A stretch of 42,024 nt of DNA from Acidimicrobiia bacterium (GCA_029862065.1 JAOTYB010000002.1:1-42024); one strand, 5' to 3'. Positions 1-9,281 are shown, numbered from the stretch's first letter. The notes: generated by a model from the letters alone, not told the origin. Program-made: numbers and translations.

Positions 1-109
1 CCACGGAAACAGACAGGTTGATCACGGATGGGCAGCGTAGCCTGACTGCGGGCCTGGTCCACCGCGGAGGGTGGTCCACTAACCTCACAAATGGCGACGA
101 GGGAGCGGG

Positions 110-1594
110 ATGACTCGAAAACTGACCGTTGGATTGCTGATCGCGGCTGCGATGTGGATACCCGGAGCAGTCGGAGCGGCGGAGACGCCCGACGAGGTGG
201 GGTTTGTCGACCCAACCACCGGAATCTGGAACCTGGGGGGTGACGAGACGTTCTACTTCGGGATCCCCGGAGACGTTCCCTTCCTCGGCGACTGGGATGG
301 CGACGGCCTCGACACCCCTGGCCTCTATCGCCCCTCTGAGGGCTTCGCCTACATCATCAACCGCCGCGAAACCGACATCGCCGACCAGAGCTGGTTCATG
401 GGCGACCCCGGTGATATTCCCATCGTCGGGGATTGGGACGGTGATGGCACCGACACCTTCAGTGTGTACCGGCCGTCGGAGGGCAAGGTGTACATCAGCA
501 ACGTCAACGAGACGGCCTTTGCCTCGCGCGAGTACTACTTCGGGGTTCCGCAGGACAAACCGTTCGCCATTGACTTCAACGGTGACGGCACAGACGACAT
601 CGGGCTCCATCGCGAATCGACCGGCCTGGTGTATATGACCGACGCCACCACCGCCGGCCAGCCCGACGGTGTGGCAGCAGAGACCGATCTTGAGTTCTTC
701 TGGGGCATTCCCAACGACGCCGTCTTCGCCGGTGACTGGAACGGCACCGGCACCGACTCACCCGGGCTGGTGAGACCAAGCATGTCCCGGGCCTACCTGC
801 GGTTCGAGAACACGCTCGGCTTCGCCGACGAGGACTGGCCAACCGAGTTCGGCGACTGGGCTCCCGTCGTCGGCCAGATTCCCGGCGCCCCGTATGGGTT
901 CGACGTCGAGTTGTCGGGCAGTGAGGTGGTCCCCGGCCCCGGGTTGCCGGGCGGCAGCGCGGCCGTGTCGATCAACGTCACCGCCGGCGGCGAGGTCTGC
1001 TTCACTTTCGACATCGCGGCTGTCCCGGGCGTGACCGCCGCCCACATCCACCAGGGTCCGGCGGGGAGCAGCGGCCCGGTGGTCGTCGACTTCGGGGTGA
1101 ACGGCGGCGATTCATTCGGCTGCGTGAATACCGACACGGCCATCGCCGTCGACATCCTCAACACCCCCGAGAATTACTTTGTCAACGTCCATTCGACGGC
1201 CCACCCGGCCGGGGCGGTGCGAGGCCAGATGGCTGAGGTGAGGTCGTGGGACCTCAACCTGGTGGGAGCCGAGGTTGTGGGGCTGGGCGACGCCGATGGC
1301 TTCGTCTCGGTGGGCCTGGAACTGTCTACGTCGGGCCAGCTGTGCGTATCGTCCTACAACGCCCAGCGGGTAAGCACCGTCACATCGCTCGGGCTGTACT
1401 CGGGGGGAGAGGGCCAAGCCGGCCCGCTAGTCGCCGACCTCACCTTCGGTCCCGACCATCTCGGGTGTGTTGTGCTCACTCCCCGATCGGCGGCTTCGAT
1501 AGTGCTCGCCTCTCCCGGCAACCACTACCTCCAGCTCAACACCGTGCAGTTCCCGGCCGGAGCGGTCCGGGCTCAACTCACCTCGGGCCGCTGA
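110..1594 (+). CDS. Secreted repeat protein with N-terminal FG-GAP/VCBS-like Ca-binding repeats and two tandem CHRD-like domains
   Basis: ATG at 110 is preceded by GGGAGCGGG. Signal peptide MTRKLTVGLLIAAAMWIPGAVGAAE. Four repeats of the type GDWDGDG(L/T)DT..(L/V)YRPSEG..Y. First CHRD-like block is ELSGSEVVPGPG...TAAHIHQGPAGSSGPVVV...NYFVNVHSTAHPAGAVRGQ. The second block has the HIH motif degenerated (LGLYSGGEGQAGPLV...NHYLQLNTVQFPAGAVRAQ). Confidence 0.75.
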   Translation: MTRKLTVGLLIAAAMWIPGAVGAAETPDEVGFVDPTTGIWNLGGDETFYFGIPGDVPFLGDWDGDGLDTPGLYRPSEGFAYIINRRETDIADQSWFMGDPGDIPIVGDWDGDGTDTFSVYRPSEGKVYISNVNETAFASREYYFGVPQDKPFAIDFNGDGTDDIGLHRESTGLVYMTDATTAGQPDGVAAETDLEFFWGIPNDAVFAGDWNGTGTDSPGLVRPSMSRAYLRFENTLGFADEDWPTEFGDWAPVVGQIPGAPYGFDVELSGSEVVPGPGLPGGSAAVSINVTAGGEVCFTFDIAAVPGVTAAHIHQGPAGSSGPVVVDFGVNGGDSFGCVNTDTAIAVDILNTPENYFVNVHSTAHPAGAVRGQMAEVRSWDLNLVGAEVVGLGDADGFVSVGLELSTSGQLCVSSYNAQRVSTVTSLGLYSGGEGQAGPLVADLTFGPDHLGCVVLTPRSAASIVLASPGNHYLQLNTVQFPAGAVRAQLTSGR

Positions 1595-3672
1595 TCCTCC
1601 GGCCGGACCGACAGGCCGGCCGCTTCCCGCCGGAAGGGGGTGCCGTCGGGGTTGGGAGCAGTGTCGAGCTCTTCGGCATAGCGATGGCCGTCCCACACGG
1701 CTGCGGCAATGGTCCCCGGTGCCCAGGCGTCACCAATTGCCCGGACCGATTTCAGGCCGGCCGCCTCCCACTCGCCCCTCCGTCCTTCCAGCTCATCGAA
1801 CAACGGTTCGTTCGGCAGGCGGGCAGTCACCGAAACCACGGAATGGCAGGCGATGCTGGCCTCCCGGCCCGTGAAGGTGTTGGCGATGGTGACCCCCTCC
1901 TCGTTCACCTCGGTGACCGCTGAGGACAGCTTGATTTCTACCCCCATCTCCATCAGCTTTCTCTGGATGCGATGTTGTTCGAGCGTGTTGACGGTCCAGG
2001 CCGAGACAGCGGCGGCGGGGGTCACCAGGACGACGGCAAAGCCCTCCCCGTCGAGCAACTCGGCCAGCACTCCCCCCAGGTAGTACCCGTCGTCGTCGAA
2101 CAAGACCACCCGGTTGCCCCGCGGACGCTTGCCGGCCATGAGATCGTCGGGAGTGAGGATCTCCATGTCGTCGTCGATCGGCATCGGCCGGGTGTGCCAG
2201 CGCCCGACGCCATCACGCCGCCAGGTTGAGCCGGTGGCAACCGCCACGTGGGTGAAGTCGTACGTGAGCAACTCGTCGGCCGTCATGTCGCTCTCGAAGT
2301 AGTGCTCGACGGTGTCGAGTTGGCGGAGCTGGGTCTCCCGGTAATCGACCACTCGGATCCAGGCCGCCAGTCCGGGCAGCCGTGACTCGGTCGCCACCCG
2401 CCCGCCGAGCCGGCGAGAGCGTTCCACCATCACCACCTGGTAGCCCCGCTTGCCGAGGGCCTGGGCGGCCTCCAATCCGGCCGGACCCGCCCCCACCACC
2501 ATTACCTTGGCATCGCTGCCTTTCGGCCTGATCCGCTCGGGATGCCATCCTCGCCGCCACTCCTCCCCCATCGCCGGGTTCTGGGTGCAGCGGATGGGCG
2601 ACATGGTCAAATCGCCGGACACACAGATGTTGCACCCGATGCATTCGCGGATGTCCTCCAGTCGCCCCTCTTCGATCTTCTGTGGCAAGAACGGATCGGC
2701 GATCGACGGGCGGGCGGCACCGATGAAATCGAGCACGCCTTGCTGCACCATCCGGACCATGGTGTCCGGCGAAGTGAAACGCCCCACCCCCACCACCGGC
2801 TTGGACGTCAGCTGCTTGAGGCCCTTCACCCATTCCTCCTGGTGCCCTTCGGGACTGAAGCGGGAGGTAACCGAATCGTCACTCCAGCTGCCGGGCACGA
2901 AATCCCACAGGTCGGGGAGCTCGCCGAGGGTGCCGATCACTTCTTCGATCTCGGGCCGGGTGATACCTGTGTCGCCGATCAATTCATCAACCGTGATCCG
3001 CACAGCAATAGCCGCCTGGCCCGCTGCCTCGTCCATGGCGTCCTCGATGAGCTCGCGCAAGAGCCGCATCCGGTTTTCGAGGCTGCCCCCGTACTCATCG
3101 GTGCGCTGGTTGTAGCGGGGGGAGAGGAAATGATGGAGACCGGTCATGTTGTGGCCGGCATAGACATAGGCGAGGTCGAAGCCGGCAATGATCGAGCGCC
3201 GCACCGCCGCCCGGTGCCAGCGGCGGAGATCGGCGATGTCGTCTTTCGACATGCGTCGAGCCTGCACGGGGTCGTAGCTCGAGCCGATCACCGGCAGGTG
3301 AGCCGGACCCATCGGGGCGAGGCGGGTGTAGTAGTTGGGCATGTGCATGCCGTTGTAGACCAGTTCGATTCCGGCCAGGCCGTCATGGTCATGGATCCGC
3401 TCGGCAGAACGAGCCATCGCCGGGATGTCGGCGTCGTCCCACAACCGCCCTTCGATCGAGGGGGTCAAGTCAGAGGAGTGGTGGATCTCGGTCTCTTCGG
3501 TACACACCACCGCCCAGCCGCCCTCGGCTTTCACACCCCGCATTTCGGCGACCGCCGTCGGATCCCGGTAACCCATCCCGTTGCAGTGGGGCACCTGAAA
3601 GAACCGGTTGCGCGCCGTCACCGGGCCGATCGGCACCGGCTCGAACAGAATGTCGTACCTCGGGTCGCGCAC
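1573..3672 (-). CDS. Trimethylamine/dimethylamine/histamine dehydrogenase-family iron-sulfur flavoprotein (OYE-like FMN domain, 4Fe-4S site, ADP-binding domains)
   Basis: GTG start. The N-terminus RDPRYDILFEPVPIGPVTARNRFFQVPHC closely matches the TMADH N-terminus as recalled, including the VPHC Cys used for 6-S-cysteinyl-FMN. Also YNQRTDEYGGSLENR, PSIADPFLPQK, the Fe-S motif CIGCNICVS...C, and the dinucleotide fold VMVVGAGPAGLEAA. Confidence 0.9.
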   Translation of the reverse strand: MRDPRYDILFEPVPIGPVTARNRFFQVPHCNGMGYRDPTAVAEMRGVKAEGGWAVVCTEETEIHHSSDLTPSIEGRLWDDADIPAMARSAERIHDHDGLAGIELVYNGMHMPNYYTRLAPMGPAHLPVIGSSYDPVQARRMSKDDIADLRRWHRAAVRRSIIAGFDLAYVYAGHNMTGLHHFLSPRYNQRTDEYGGSLENRMRLLRELIEDAMDEAAGQAAIAVRITVDELIGDTGITRPEIEEVIGTLGELPDLWDFVPGSWSDDSVTSRFSPEGHQEEWVKGLKQLTSKPVVGVGRFTSPDTMVRMVQQGVLDFIGAARPSIADPFLPQKIEEGRLEDIRECIGCNICVSGDLTMSPIRCTQNPAMGEEWRRGWHPERIRPKGSDAKVMVVGAGPAGLEAAQALGKRGYQVVMVERSRRLGGRVATESRLPGLAAWIRVVDYRETQLRQLDTVEHYFESDMTADELLTYDFTHVAVATGSTWRRDGVGRWHTRPMPIDDDMEILTPDDLMAGKRPRGNRVVLFDDDGYYLGGVLAELLDGEGFAVVLVTPAAAVSAWTVNTLEQHRIQRKLMEMGVEIKLSSAVTEVNEEGVTIANTFTGREASIACHSVVSVTARLPNEPLFDELEGRRGEWEAAGLKSVRAIGDAWAPGTIAAAVWDGHRYAEELDTAPNPDGTPFRREAAGLSVRPEDQRPEVS

Positions 3673-3697
3673 ACCGGCACGCTACCAGCGGCCGGGC

Positions 3698-4156
3698 TCA
3701 CGATTGCCAGGCGGCCACCCGTCTCACCCGCCGCCTGGTCGGCCTGCCGATCTGTGGTGGGGCCGGCCTTCCCATCCCGGTGGTTGGCCGTTGCCCCCTG
3801 TCGGGCGGGCCGACCGGGGTCTCCGGGCGGTCGGCGGCTGCGATCACCCGGTCTACCTCACCGCCACTCCTGAGAAACCCGAGCGGAGTTGAGCTGCTGA
3901 GCAGGTGGCTGGGCCGCACCAGCCAATCAGCAATCTCGAGATCAGAATGCTCGCCCTTCAGGGCCTGGACCACCGCCCCCACCTCCGGGACCACGCCGGT
4001 CTCATCGAATTGGAAGGAGAAGTAGACCTCCTGCAACCAGTTGCCGCCCAGCCTGAGGAGGTCGGGGCGGTTGGCGAGGACCGCCGCCGGAACCCGGGCC
4101 CGGCGGGCAGCCTGGGAACGGGTAAGAAACGGTCCTTGCAGTATCTGCTCGGTCAC
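3698..4156 (-). CDS. Hypothetical protein with a C-terminal motif resembling the Xre/MbcA/ParS antitoxin-type toxin-binding domain (DUF2384-like) and an Arg/Pro-rich tail
   Basis: The GTG at 4154-4156 overlaps the TGA (4153-4155) of the upstream gene, giving a GTGA junction. The ORF-track start at 4252 would overlap that gene by about 100 nt. Motif ADWLVRPSHLLSSSTPLGFLRSGGEVDRVI resembles the W-L..P...L.G.tPL..L....G...V consensus as recalled. Confidence 0.5.
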   Translation of the reverse strand: MTEQILQGPFLTRSQAARRARVPAAVLANRPDLLRLGGNWLQEVYFSFQFDETGVVPEVGAVVQALKGEHSDLEIADWLVRPSHLLSSSTPLGFLRSGGEVDRVIAAADRPETPVGPPDRGQRPTTGMGRPAPPQIGRPTRRRVRRVAAWQS

Positions 4157-4878
4157 CGCGAGATCTCCGAGCTGAGCACACCAACCTCGGAACGCAGCGC
4201 CGCCATCACGGACTCGGCGATCGTGTCGAGCGACACCTCGCCGGTGTTCCACACAACGTCGTATCGCATCGGGTCTTCGATGTCGACCTGGAAGTGGGTC
4301 TTCAGGAGCCGGGCCCGCGAGGTGTCGAGCCGGCGGGCCTCTTCACGGGCCGCTCGCTCGTCCAGCCCGTAGTAGTCCATCACTCTCGGGATACGCACCT
4401 CTTCCGGCGCCACCAGTCGCATCGACAGTTTGGGGCCCATATCCCGGGTTACCTCGGAGGCTCCTCTCCCGATAATGATGCTCTTGCCGATCGAGGCCAC
4501 GGCCGCCACCACCCGAAAGACCTGGTGCATCACAATGTCCTGGTCGATGGTCGGCCGGATCACCTGGTGGAAGAACTCCTCGGTCTTGCTGCGGTACTTC
4601 TCGGCCACCAGCGAGTCCATGGACTTCGAGTAGGTGGGGTTGCCGGCGACGATCTCACACAGCTTGCGATCGAACACCTGCCATCCACCAAAGAGATCGG
4701 TGTCCGCCTGTTGCTCGAACACATCCATCAGGACCTCGGCAAGCTGGTGTCCGCCGCCGCCGGCCTGGCGGGAAATGGTGACAAACGGCCTGGATCGCAT
4801 ATCCGACCGGCCACCGGATTCGTCCTTGTCTGCTGCATGGGCGCTGAGATACCGCTCCATGGTCTCCAGTCGACTCAT
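4153..4878 (-). CDS. Cytidylate kinase-like family P-loop protein (Cytidylate_kin2-type)
   Basis: ATG at 4876-4878 has AAAGGTGG upstream. FVTISRQAGGGGHQLAEVL matches the ISRe.GsGG loop typical of this family. Length is 241 aa. Confidence 0.7.
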   Translation of the reverse strand: MSRLETMERYLSAHAADKDESGGRSDMRSRPFVTISRQAGGGGHQLAEVLMDVFEQQADTDLFGGWQVFDRKLCEIVAGNPTYSKSMDSLVAEKYRSKTEEFFHQVIRPTIDQDIVMHQVFRVVAAVASIGKSIIIGRGASEVTRDMGPKLSMRLVAPEEVRIPRVMDYYGLDERAAREEARRLDTSRARLLKTHFQVDIEDPMRYDVVWNTGEVSLDTIAESVMAALRSEVGVLSSEISR

Positions 4879-4971
4879 ATCACGACCACCTTTTCGTCAC
4901 CTCCAGCCTGAACTGGTTGGTGACCGGTCGCTAGGGGCGGGTGTCCCTACTGGATGGGCCTATGCGTGGCT

Positions 4972-6126
4972 TCAGGGACAGATGGCATCCACGGTGGGGA
5001 AGGGATTGATGGCGCTCCCGCCGCCGGGGTGTATCTCGAAGTGAAGGTGCGGATAGGCATCGGAGGCGTTGCCGGTGCTGCCGACCGTGCCGAGCGAGGT
5101 GCCGGCGCTCACCGATTGACCCTGGGCAAGTCCCGCGGCCCAGGTGTCGAGGTGGGCGTAGTAGTACTGGTTGCCGCTGTCACCGAAGAACCAGATGGTG
5201 ATGCCCCCCAGGCCGCCATTACTCAATCGCCCAACGGTCCCCGATTCGATCGCCACCAGCGGCGTTCCCCGGTCGGCCATCATGTCGACTCCCTGATGAG
5301 TACGGCCACCCGAGCGGGGCGCGCCCCAGGTGTCCCGGAAGTGATGGGGGCCCTGCACCGGGCACACCAGCCCGCCAACCGGGATCGGGGGAGTGGTCGT
5401 GGTTGTGGTTGTGACCGGGATGGTGGTGGTGGTCGTTCCCCCGGCCACCGTGGTGGTGGTGCCGGTTGCCACGGTTGTGGTGGTGCCGGTTGCCACGGTG
5501 GTTGTGGTCGTGGTGGTGGGCGGCGGAGCGGTCGTGGTGGTTGTCGGCGGCAGTGTGGTCGTCGTGGTTGCGTTGTATTGCACCTCGGCCTCGTAGGCGG
5601 CCGCCAATTCGTTGTAGGCGGTGTCCAACCGGGCGACCTCACTCTGCAGCTCTTCGATCCGCACCACCGCGTCGGACTCAGCAGCCACGAAAATTTCGAC
5701 TTCTGTGGCCAGGTAGTCGAGACTGACCGCAATCTCAGCCATCTCCTCGGCCTTGGCCGCGATGGTGGCGGCGTCGCCGGCCAGCGCCGATTCGAGATAA
5801 GTCCGCATGGCGGCTCGCTCCGACCAGCTTCCGTCTCGCACCCCCGTGAAGAGAACCCGCGCCCGCTCAAAGGCGGCTCCGGTGAGGGCTGTGTAGTCCT
5901 CGTCTACTTCGCCGGCATAGACGGCCATCTCCTCATACTCGAACTGCATGAGCCCGGCGTTGTCGCTGGCGATTCGCTGTTCCCACAAAGCCGCGTCCAG
6001 CTCGCCGAGCGCATCCTGCAGCTCGATCCGGGCATCGCGCAGGTCGTCGTCGGTGATGGCGATGGCCGGTGAGATCGCAGTCGCCATCACCACCATCGTG
6101 ACCCCGAGGAGGACAACCCGCTTCAT
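4972..6126 (-). CDS. Secreted M23 family metallopeptidase with N-terminal coiled coil and Thr/Pro-rich linker
   Basis: Signal peptide [24 protein letters not shown]23 motifs [28 protein letters not shown] and [18 protein letters not shown]. Its ATG overlaps the stop of the upstream MBL gene (ATGA at 6123-6126). Confidence 0.9.
   Translation of the reverse strand: MKRVVLLGVTMVVMATAISPAIAITDDDLRDARIELQDALGELDAALWEQRIASDNAGLMQFEYEEMAVYAGEVDEDYTALTGAAFERARVLFTGVRDGSWSERAAMRTYLESALAGDAATIAAKAEEMAEIAVSLDYLATEVEIFVAAESDAVVRIEELQSEVARLDTAYNELAAAYEAEVQYNATTTTTLPPTTTTTAPPPTTTTTTTVATGTTTTVATGTTTTVAGGTTTTTIPVTTTTTTTPPIPVGGLVCPVQGPHHFRDTWGAPRSGGRTHQGVDMMADRGTPLVAIESGTVGRLSNGGLGGITIWFFGDSGNQYYYAHLDTWAAGLAQGQSVSAGTSLGTVGSTGNASDAYPHLHFEIHPGGGSAINPFPTVDAICP
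5393..5571 (-). repeat. Low-complexity Thr/Pro codon tract with about three imperfect 24-nt tandem units, inside the M23 peptidase gene
   Basis: The plus strand reads ...ggtggtgccggttgccacggt at 5455-5475 and again at 5479-5499. It encodes [24 protein letters not shown] within [24 protein letters not shown]...[11 protein letters not shown]. Confidence 0.8.
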
Positions 6127-6881
6127 AGCAGGGCCCAGCCATCGTCGGTCTGGAAGGCCACTCCGTCATCGACCAGCTTGCGGAGGTGAGCGTCGGCCGA
6201 CTGAGCCGCCAGTGGAACGAGGGCCGGGTCGAGGTCGGGATAGACGATCCCAACCACCGCCTCGGTCGTGAGAGGCCCGTCGTTCAGAGCATTCACAATC
6301 TGCTGCTCGCGGGCGCGTCGATGAGAGGTGTACCCCGCGAGCACCGCCTGCGGATCGTCGATGACGTCGCCGTGGCCGGGGTAGATCCTGGCCGGGGCCA
6401 GGTCGATGAGGCGCTGGAGGGTCGACATGTAGTCGGACATATCCTCGACGACCACCGTGGTTCCCGACTTGATGGCGTCACCGGTGAAGACACCGTCTTC
6501 GACGGCGTAACACAGGGAGTCTGGTGTGTGGCCGGGTGTGTGAAGCACCGCGATCATCTCGGTTCCTACGTGGACTCCATCACCATCGGCAATCGCCGAG
6601 ATTGCTTGAAAGCCGCCGTAGCTGCCAAAGCCATAGGAAGGAACGCCGTACTCGGCGGCCAGCGGGTTGGCGGCCGGGGAATGGTCGAGATGATGGTGGG
6701 TGACCAGCACCCCAACCACCATGAGGTCGGAAACGGCCGCCCGAATGGCGTCGAGATGGGTGTCGATCTCGGGCCCCGGGTCGACGATCACCGCCTCCCC
6801 ATCCGCCTCGATGACGTAGCTGTTGGTACCGGCACCGGTGAAGGGGCCGGGATTAGGAGCAAGGATGCGGGTGATGTTCAT
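6123..6881 (-). CDS. MBL-fold metallo-hydrolase (hydroxyacylglutathione hydrolase-like)
   Basis: Metal motif [14 protein letters not shown], and later TPGHTPDS. Its ATG overlaps the stop of the upstream ATP-grasp gene (ATGA at 6878-6881). Confidence 0.85.
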   Translation of the reverse strand: MNITRILAPNPGPFTGAGTNSYVIEADGEAVIVDPGPEIDTHLDAIRAAVSDLMVVGVLVTHHHLDHSPAANPLAAEYGVPSYGFGSYGGFQAISAIADGDGVHVGTEMIAVLHTPGHTPDSLCYAVEDGVFTGDAIKSGTTVVVEDMSDYMSTLQRLIDLAPARIYPGHGDVIDDPQAVLAGYTSHRRAREQQIVNALNDGPLTTEAVVGIVYPDLDPALVPLAAQSADAHLRKLVDDGVAFQTDDGWALL

Positions 6882-7855
6882 GCGGGTGACCGTCTCTCCT
6901 GCCGGGCCAAGGCAGCTGCGATCAATTGGCGAGCAAATCCCTCGTGACCGGCCGGGTCGTTGTCGAGGCAGGCGTCGGCGGCTCCGTAGGATTCGGCCGG
7001 GTAGAACACGCCACAGTTGGGGTTGATCTCGAGCATATGGGCATTGCCGTCGGGATCGAGCCGTAGGTCACATCGTCCGAAGCCCACCCCGCCCAATGCT
7101 CGGAAGAAACGGGCCGAGTAATCCCGCAACACGGCATCGAGTTCCGGATCGGTCACCGGCACCATTCCCATGTCCTCGTAGTCGACCCACTTCAAATCGG
7201 AGTGCTTGAACGCCTCACCCGCCGGAAAGGTGAACTGCATCGGTTGGTAGGTGGTGGGTGCATCCGGCTCAGCCGGGTCCTCTGCCACCAGGACGGTGTA
7301 CTCGGGCCCGTCGACATACTCCTCAATGAGGGCCGCTGAGTGGCGCGACATGATCTTGCGGGACTGGCGGGCCAATCCGGCCGGCGTGGTCACTCGCGAC
7401 ATCCGGCTCAGCGAGATGCTGGCGTAACTGCTGTGATGCTTGACGAACTGGGGGTAGGCCAGCTCTTTCGCCGCTTTCGCCACGTCCTTCTCCGTCTTCG
7501 CCAGCACGTAGGCGGGTGTGGGAATCCCCTCTCGAACGCAGGCCTGCTTCATCTCCGGGCGGGTCGGTTCGAAGAACCGGGAGTCGGCTCCGGTGAAGGG
7601 AACACCCAATTCCTCCAGCGCCAGCACGACTTCTACGCCGGGCCGATCCTCGTCGGCGGCCGCATCACACAGGTTGAAGAACACGTCGAAGCCTTCGGCA
7701 GCCAACTCGTCAAGCCGCGCCGGACTGTCCTGGCCGGTGAGGTCCTCGGCGTGCCACTCGGCCTCGGAAATGAAGGGCCGCGGGTCGCAGGGCCAATCAT
7801 CGTCCGGGAACGGGTCGGCATCGAGATCCTGGGTTGTCAGTAGGCAGATCCGCAT
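6878..7855 (-). CDS. ATP-grasp domain protein (D-alanine--D-alanine ligase-like family)
   Basis: I place the start at ATG 7853-7855 (MRICLLTTQDLD...). The 105 codons upstream in the ORF track are Ser/Arg-rich and run antisense into selA. ATP-grasp features: EELGVPFTG, ALIEEYVDGPEYTV, and RCDLRLDPDGNAHMLEINPNCG. Confidence 0.8.
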   Translation of the reverse strand: MRICLLTTQDLDADPFPDDDWPCDPRPFISEAEWHAEDLTGQDSPARLDELAAEGFDVFFNLCDAAADEDRPGVEVVLALEELGVPFTGADSRFFEPTRPEMKQACVREGIPTPAYVLAKTEKDVAKAAKELAYPQFVKHHSSYASISLSRMSRVTTPAGLARQSRKIMSRHSAALIEEYVDGPEYTVLVAEDPAEPDAPTTYQPMQFTFPAGEAFKHSDLKWVDYEDMGMVPVTDPELDAVLRDYSARFFRALGGVGFGRCDLRLDPDGNAHMLEINPNCGVFYPAESYGAADACLDNDPAGHEGFARQLIAAALARQERRSPA

Positions 7856-7934
7856 GCGCACAGGATTCTGGCAAGTTGGGGCTCCGCGAGCCAGCCCCCA
7901 GCCGAAGCTGCCGGGCTGCCGTAATCTGGCCGCC

Positions 7935-9281
7935 ATGGAACTGCGCGATCTCCCCAGCGTCACCGAGCTGATTTCCGAGCTAGAGCCGGACGGCTGGGCG
8001 CGAGCTGTGAATACCGAAGTGGCCCGCCATGCCCTCGACCAGGCCCGGGGCCAGATCCAGGAGGGAGGCAGTCCCGACGCGGTCGACATCGCCCGGCAAG
8101 AGCTAGCGAGAGTGGGCCGCACCCGGCCGGGCAGCATGATCAACGCCAGCGGCGTGCTGCTCAACACCAACCTGGGCCGGGCTCCCCTCCATCCGGAAGC
8201 TGCGAGTGCTGCAGCCGAGGCCTTGTCTGGCTACGGCAATGTCGAGTTCGACCGCGACAGCGGCCGGCGAGGCGGGCGGGGCTCGTATGTGCACGACCTC
8301 ATCACCACCTTGACCGGCGGCGAAGCGGCCCTGGTGGTCAACAACAACGCCGGCGCCCTGTTTCTGGCACTGGCGGCGTTGGCAACCGACCGGCAGGTGG
8401 TGATATCTCGCGGCGAGCTCATCGAGATCGGTGGGTCGTTTCGACTGCCAGAACTAATGGGAGCCGCCGGGGTGTGGCTGCTCGAAGTCGGGACCACCAA
8501 CCGCACCCGGCTCGGTGACTACCGCCAGGCCGTCGGGGCCGAGACCGCCATGATCCTCAAAGTCCATCCGTCCAACTACCGGACCGTTGGATTCACCGAA
8601 GAAGCCACCTACGCCGACCTGGCCCAGCTGGCCCACCAGCACGAGCTCCCCTTCGTCGCCGATATCGGCAGTGGACTGCTCGATGCCGAAGTCCCGTGGC
8701 TTGACGGCCCCCCGCCCGCCTGGCTGGAGGGAGAACCGGCCGCCCGCCAAACGCTCGCCGAGGGAGCCGACCTCGTGCTGTTCTCGGGCGACAAGCTGCT
8801 CGGTGGCCCGCAGGCCGGAATCATCGCCGGCCGCCGCCAGCTGGTCGACCGGCTGAGCCGTCACCCCGTCGCCCGCGGCCTCCGCTGCGACGGGTCGACC
8901 CTGGCTGCCCTGGCACACACCCTCGAGCTGTACGCCGACAATCGGGGCGCCGAAGTCCCGTTCTGGGCGATGGCCTCCCTCCCCGTGGCTGAACTCGAAC
9001 AACGATCCAAAGCGTGTCTCGACGGCTCGGGAATTGACGGAGAGGTTGCCAACAACCAGTCGGTGGTCGGCGCCGGCTCGGTCCCCGGCCAGACCATCCC
9101 CAGCCCTGTGATTCGCCTGTCCGGCATCGACACCGACTCGGCCTGGCGGGCGCTACTCACCGACGAACCGGCCGTACTGGCCCGGCGCAAGGACGGCGAC
9201 CTGATCGTCGACCTGCGGGCGGTGCCGCCCGACCAGGACGAGGCGGTAGCGGCCGCGTTGGCTCGCGCATGCCGATCGTAG
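7935..9281 (+). CDS. selA: L-seryl-tRNA(Sec) selenium transferase
   Basis: Start at ATG 7935 (MELRDLPSV...). Strong matches to SelA as recalled: NLGRAPL, VVNNNAGA, VISRGELIEIGGSFRLPE, EVGTTNRTRLGDYRQAV, KVHPSNY, and FSGDKLLGGPQAGIIAG. Confidence 0.93.
   Translation: MELRDLPSVTELISELEPDGWARAVNTEVARHALDQARGQIQEGGSPDAVDIARQELARVGRTRPGSMINASGVLLNTNLGRAPLHPEAASAAAEALSGYGNVEFDRDSGRRGGRGSYVHDLITTLTGGEAALVVNNNAGALFLALAALATDRQVVISRGELIEIGGSFRLPELMGAAGVWLLEVGTTNRTRLGDYRQAVGAETAMILKVHPSNYRTVGFTEEATYADLAQLAHQHELPFVADIGSGLLDAEVPWLDGPPPAWLEGEPAARQTLAEGADLVLFSGDKLLGGPQAGIIAGRRQLVDRLSRHPVARGLRCDGSTLAALAHTLELYADNRGAEVPFWAMASLPVAELEQRSKACLDGSGIDGEVANNQSVVGAGSVPGQTIPSPVIRLSGIDTDSAWRALLTDEPAVLARRKDGDLIVDLRAVPPDQDEAVAAALARACRS

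Noticed and set aside
2542-3873. Very long ORFs antisense to recognised genes. Examples: 2542..3873 (+), 8861..10144 (-), 22942..24213 (+), 25958..27106 (+), 36911..38206 (+), 4954..6072 (+).
   Set aside because: They fully overlap genes with strong family motifs (TMADH-like, selA/selB, lhr, argG, M23). Their products are Arg/Gly/Pro/His-rich low-complexity sequence. These are classic shadow ORFs of high-GC DNA.
5393-5571. A regular short repeat that could be mistaken for a CRISPR-like array.
   Set aside because: It is in frame inside the M23 peptidase gene. The period is 24 nt with no spacers, and it encodes a Thr-rich linker.
7856-7934. Possible tRNA-Sec (selC) in the spacer upstream of selA.
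   Set aside because: The spacer is only 79 nt. It has no T-loop (GGTTCRANTCC) or acceptor-stem complementarity, whereas bacterial tRNA-Sec is about 90-100 nt.
7856-8170. N-terminal extensions offered by the ORF track. Examples: 6878..8170, 7518..9281, 14335..15114, 21366..22310, 28052..28984, 32223..33824.
   Set aside because: The extended parts are Ser/Arg/Pro-rich and overlap the divergent neighbour or the hairpin spacer. Each is followed by an internal ATG where recognisable family sequence begins ([46 protein letters not shown]).
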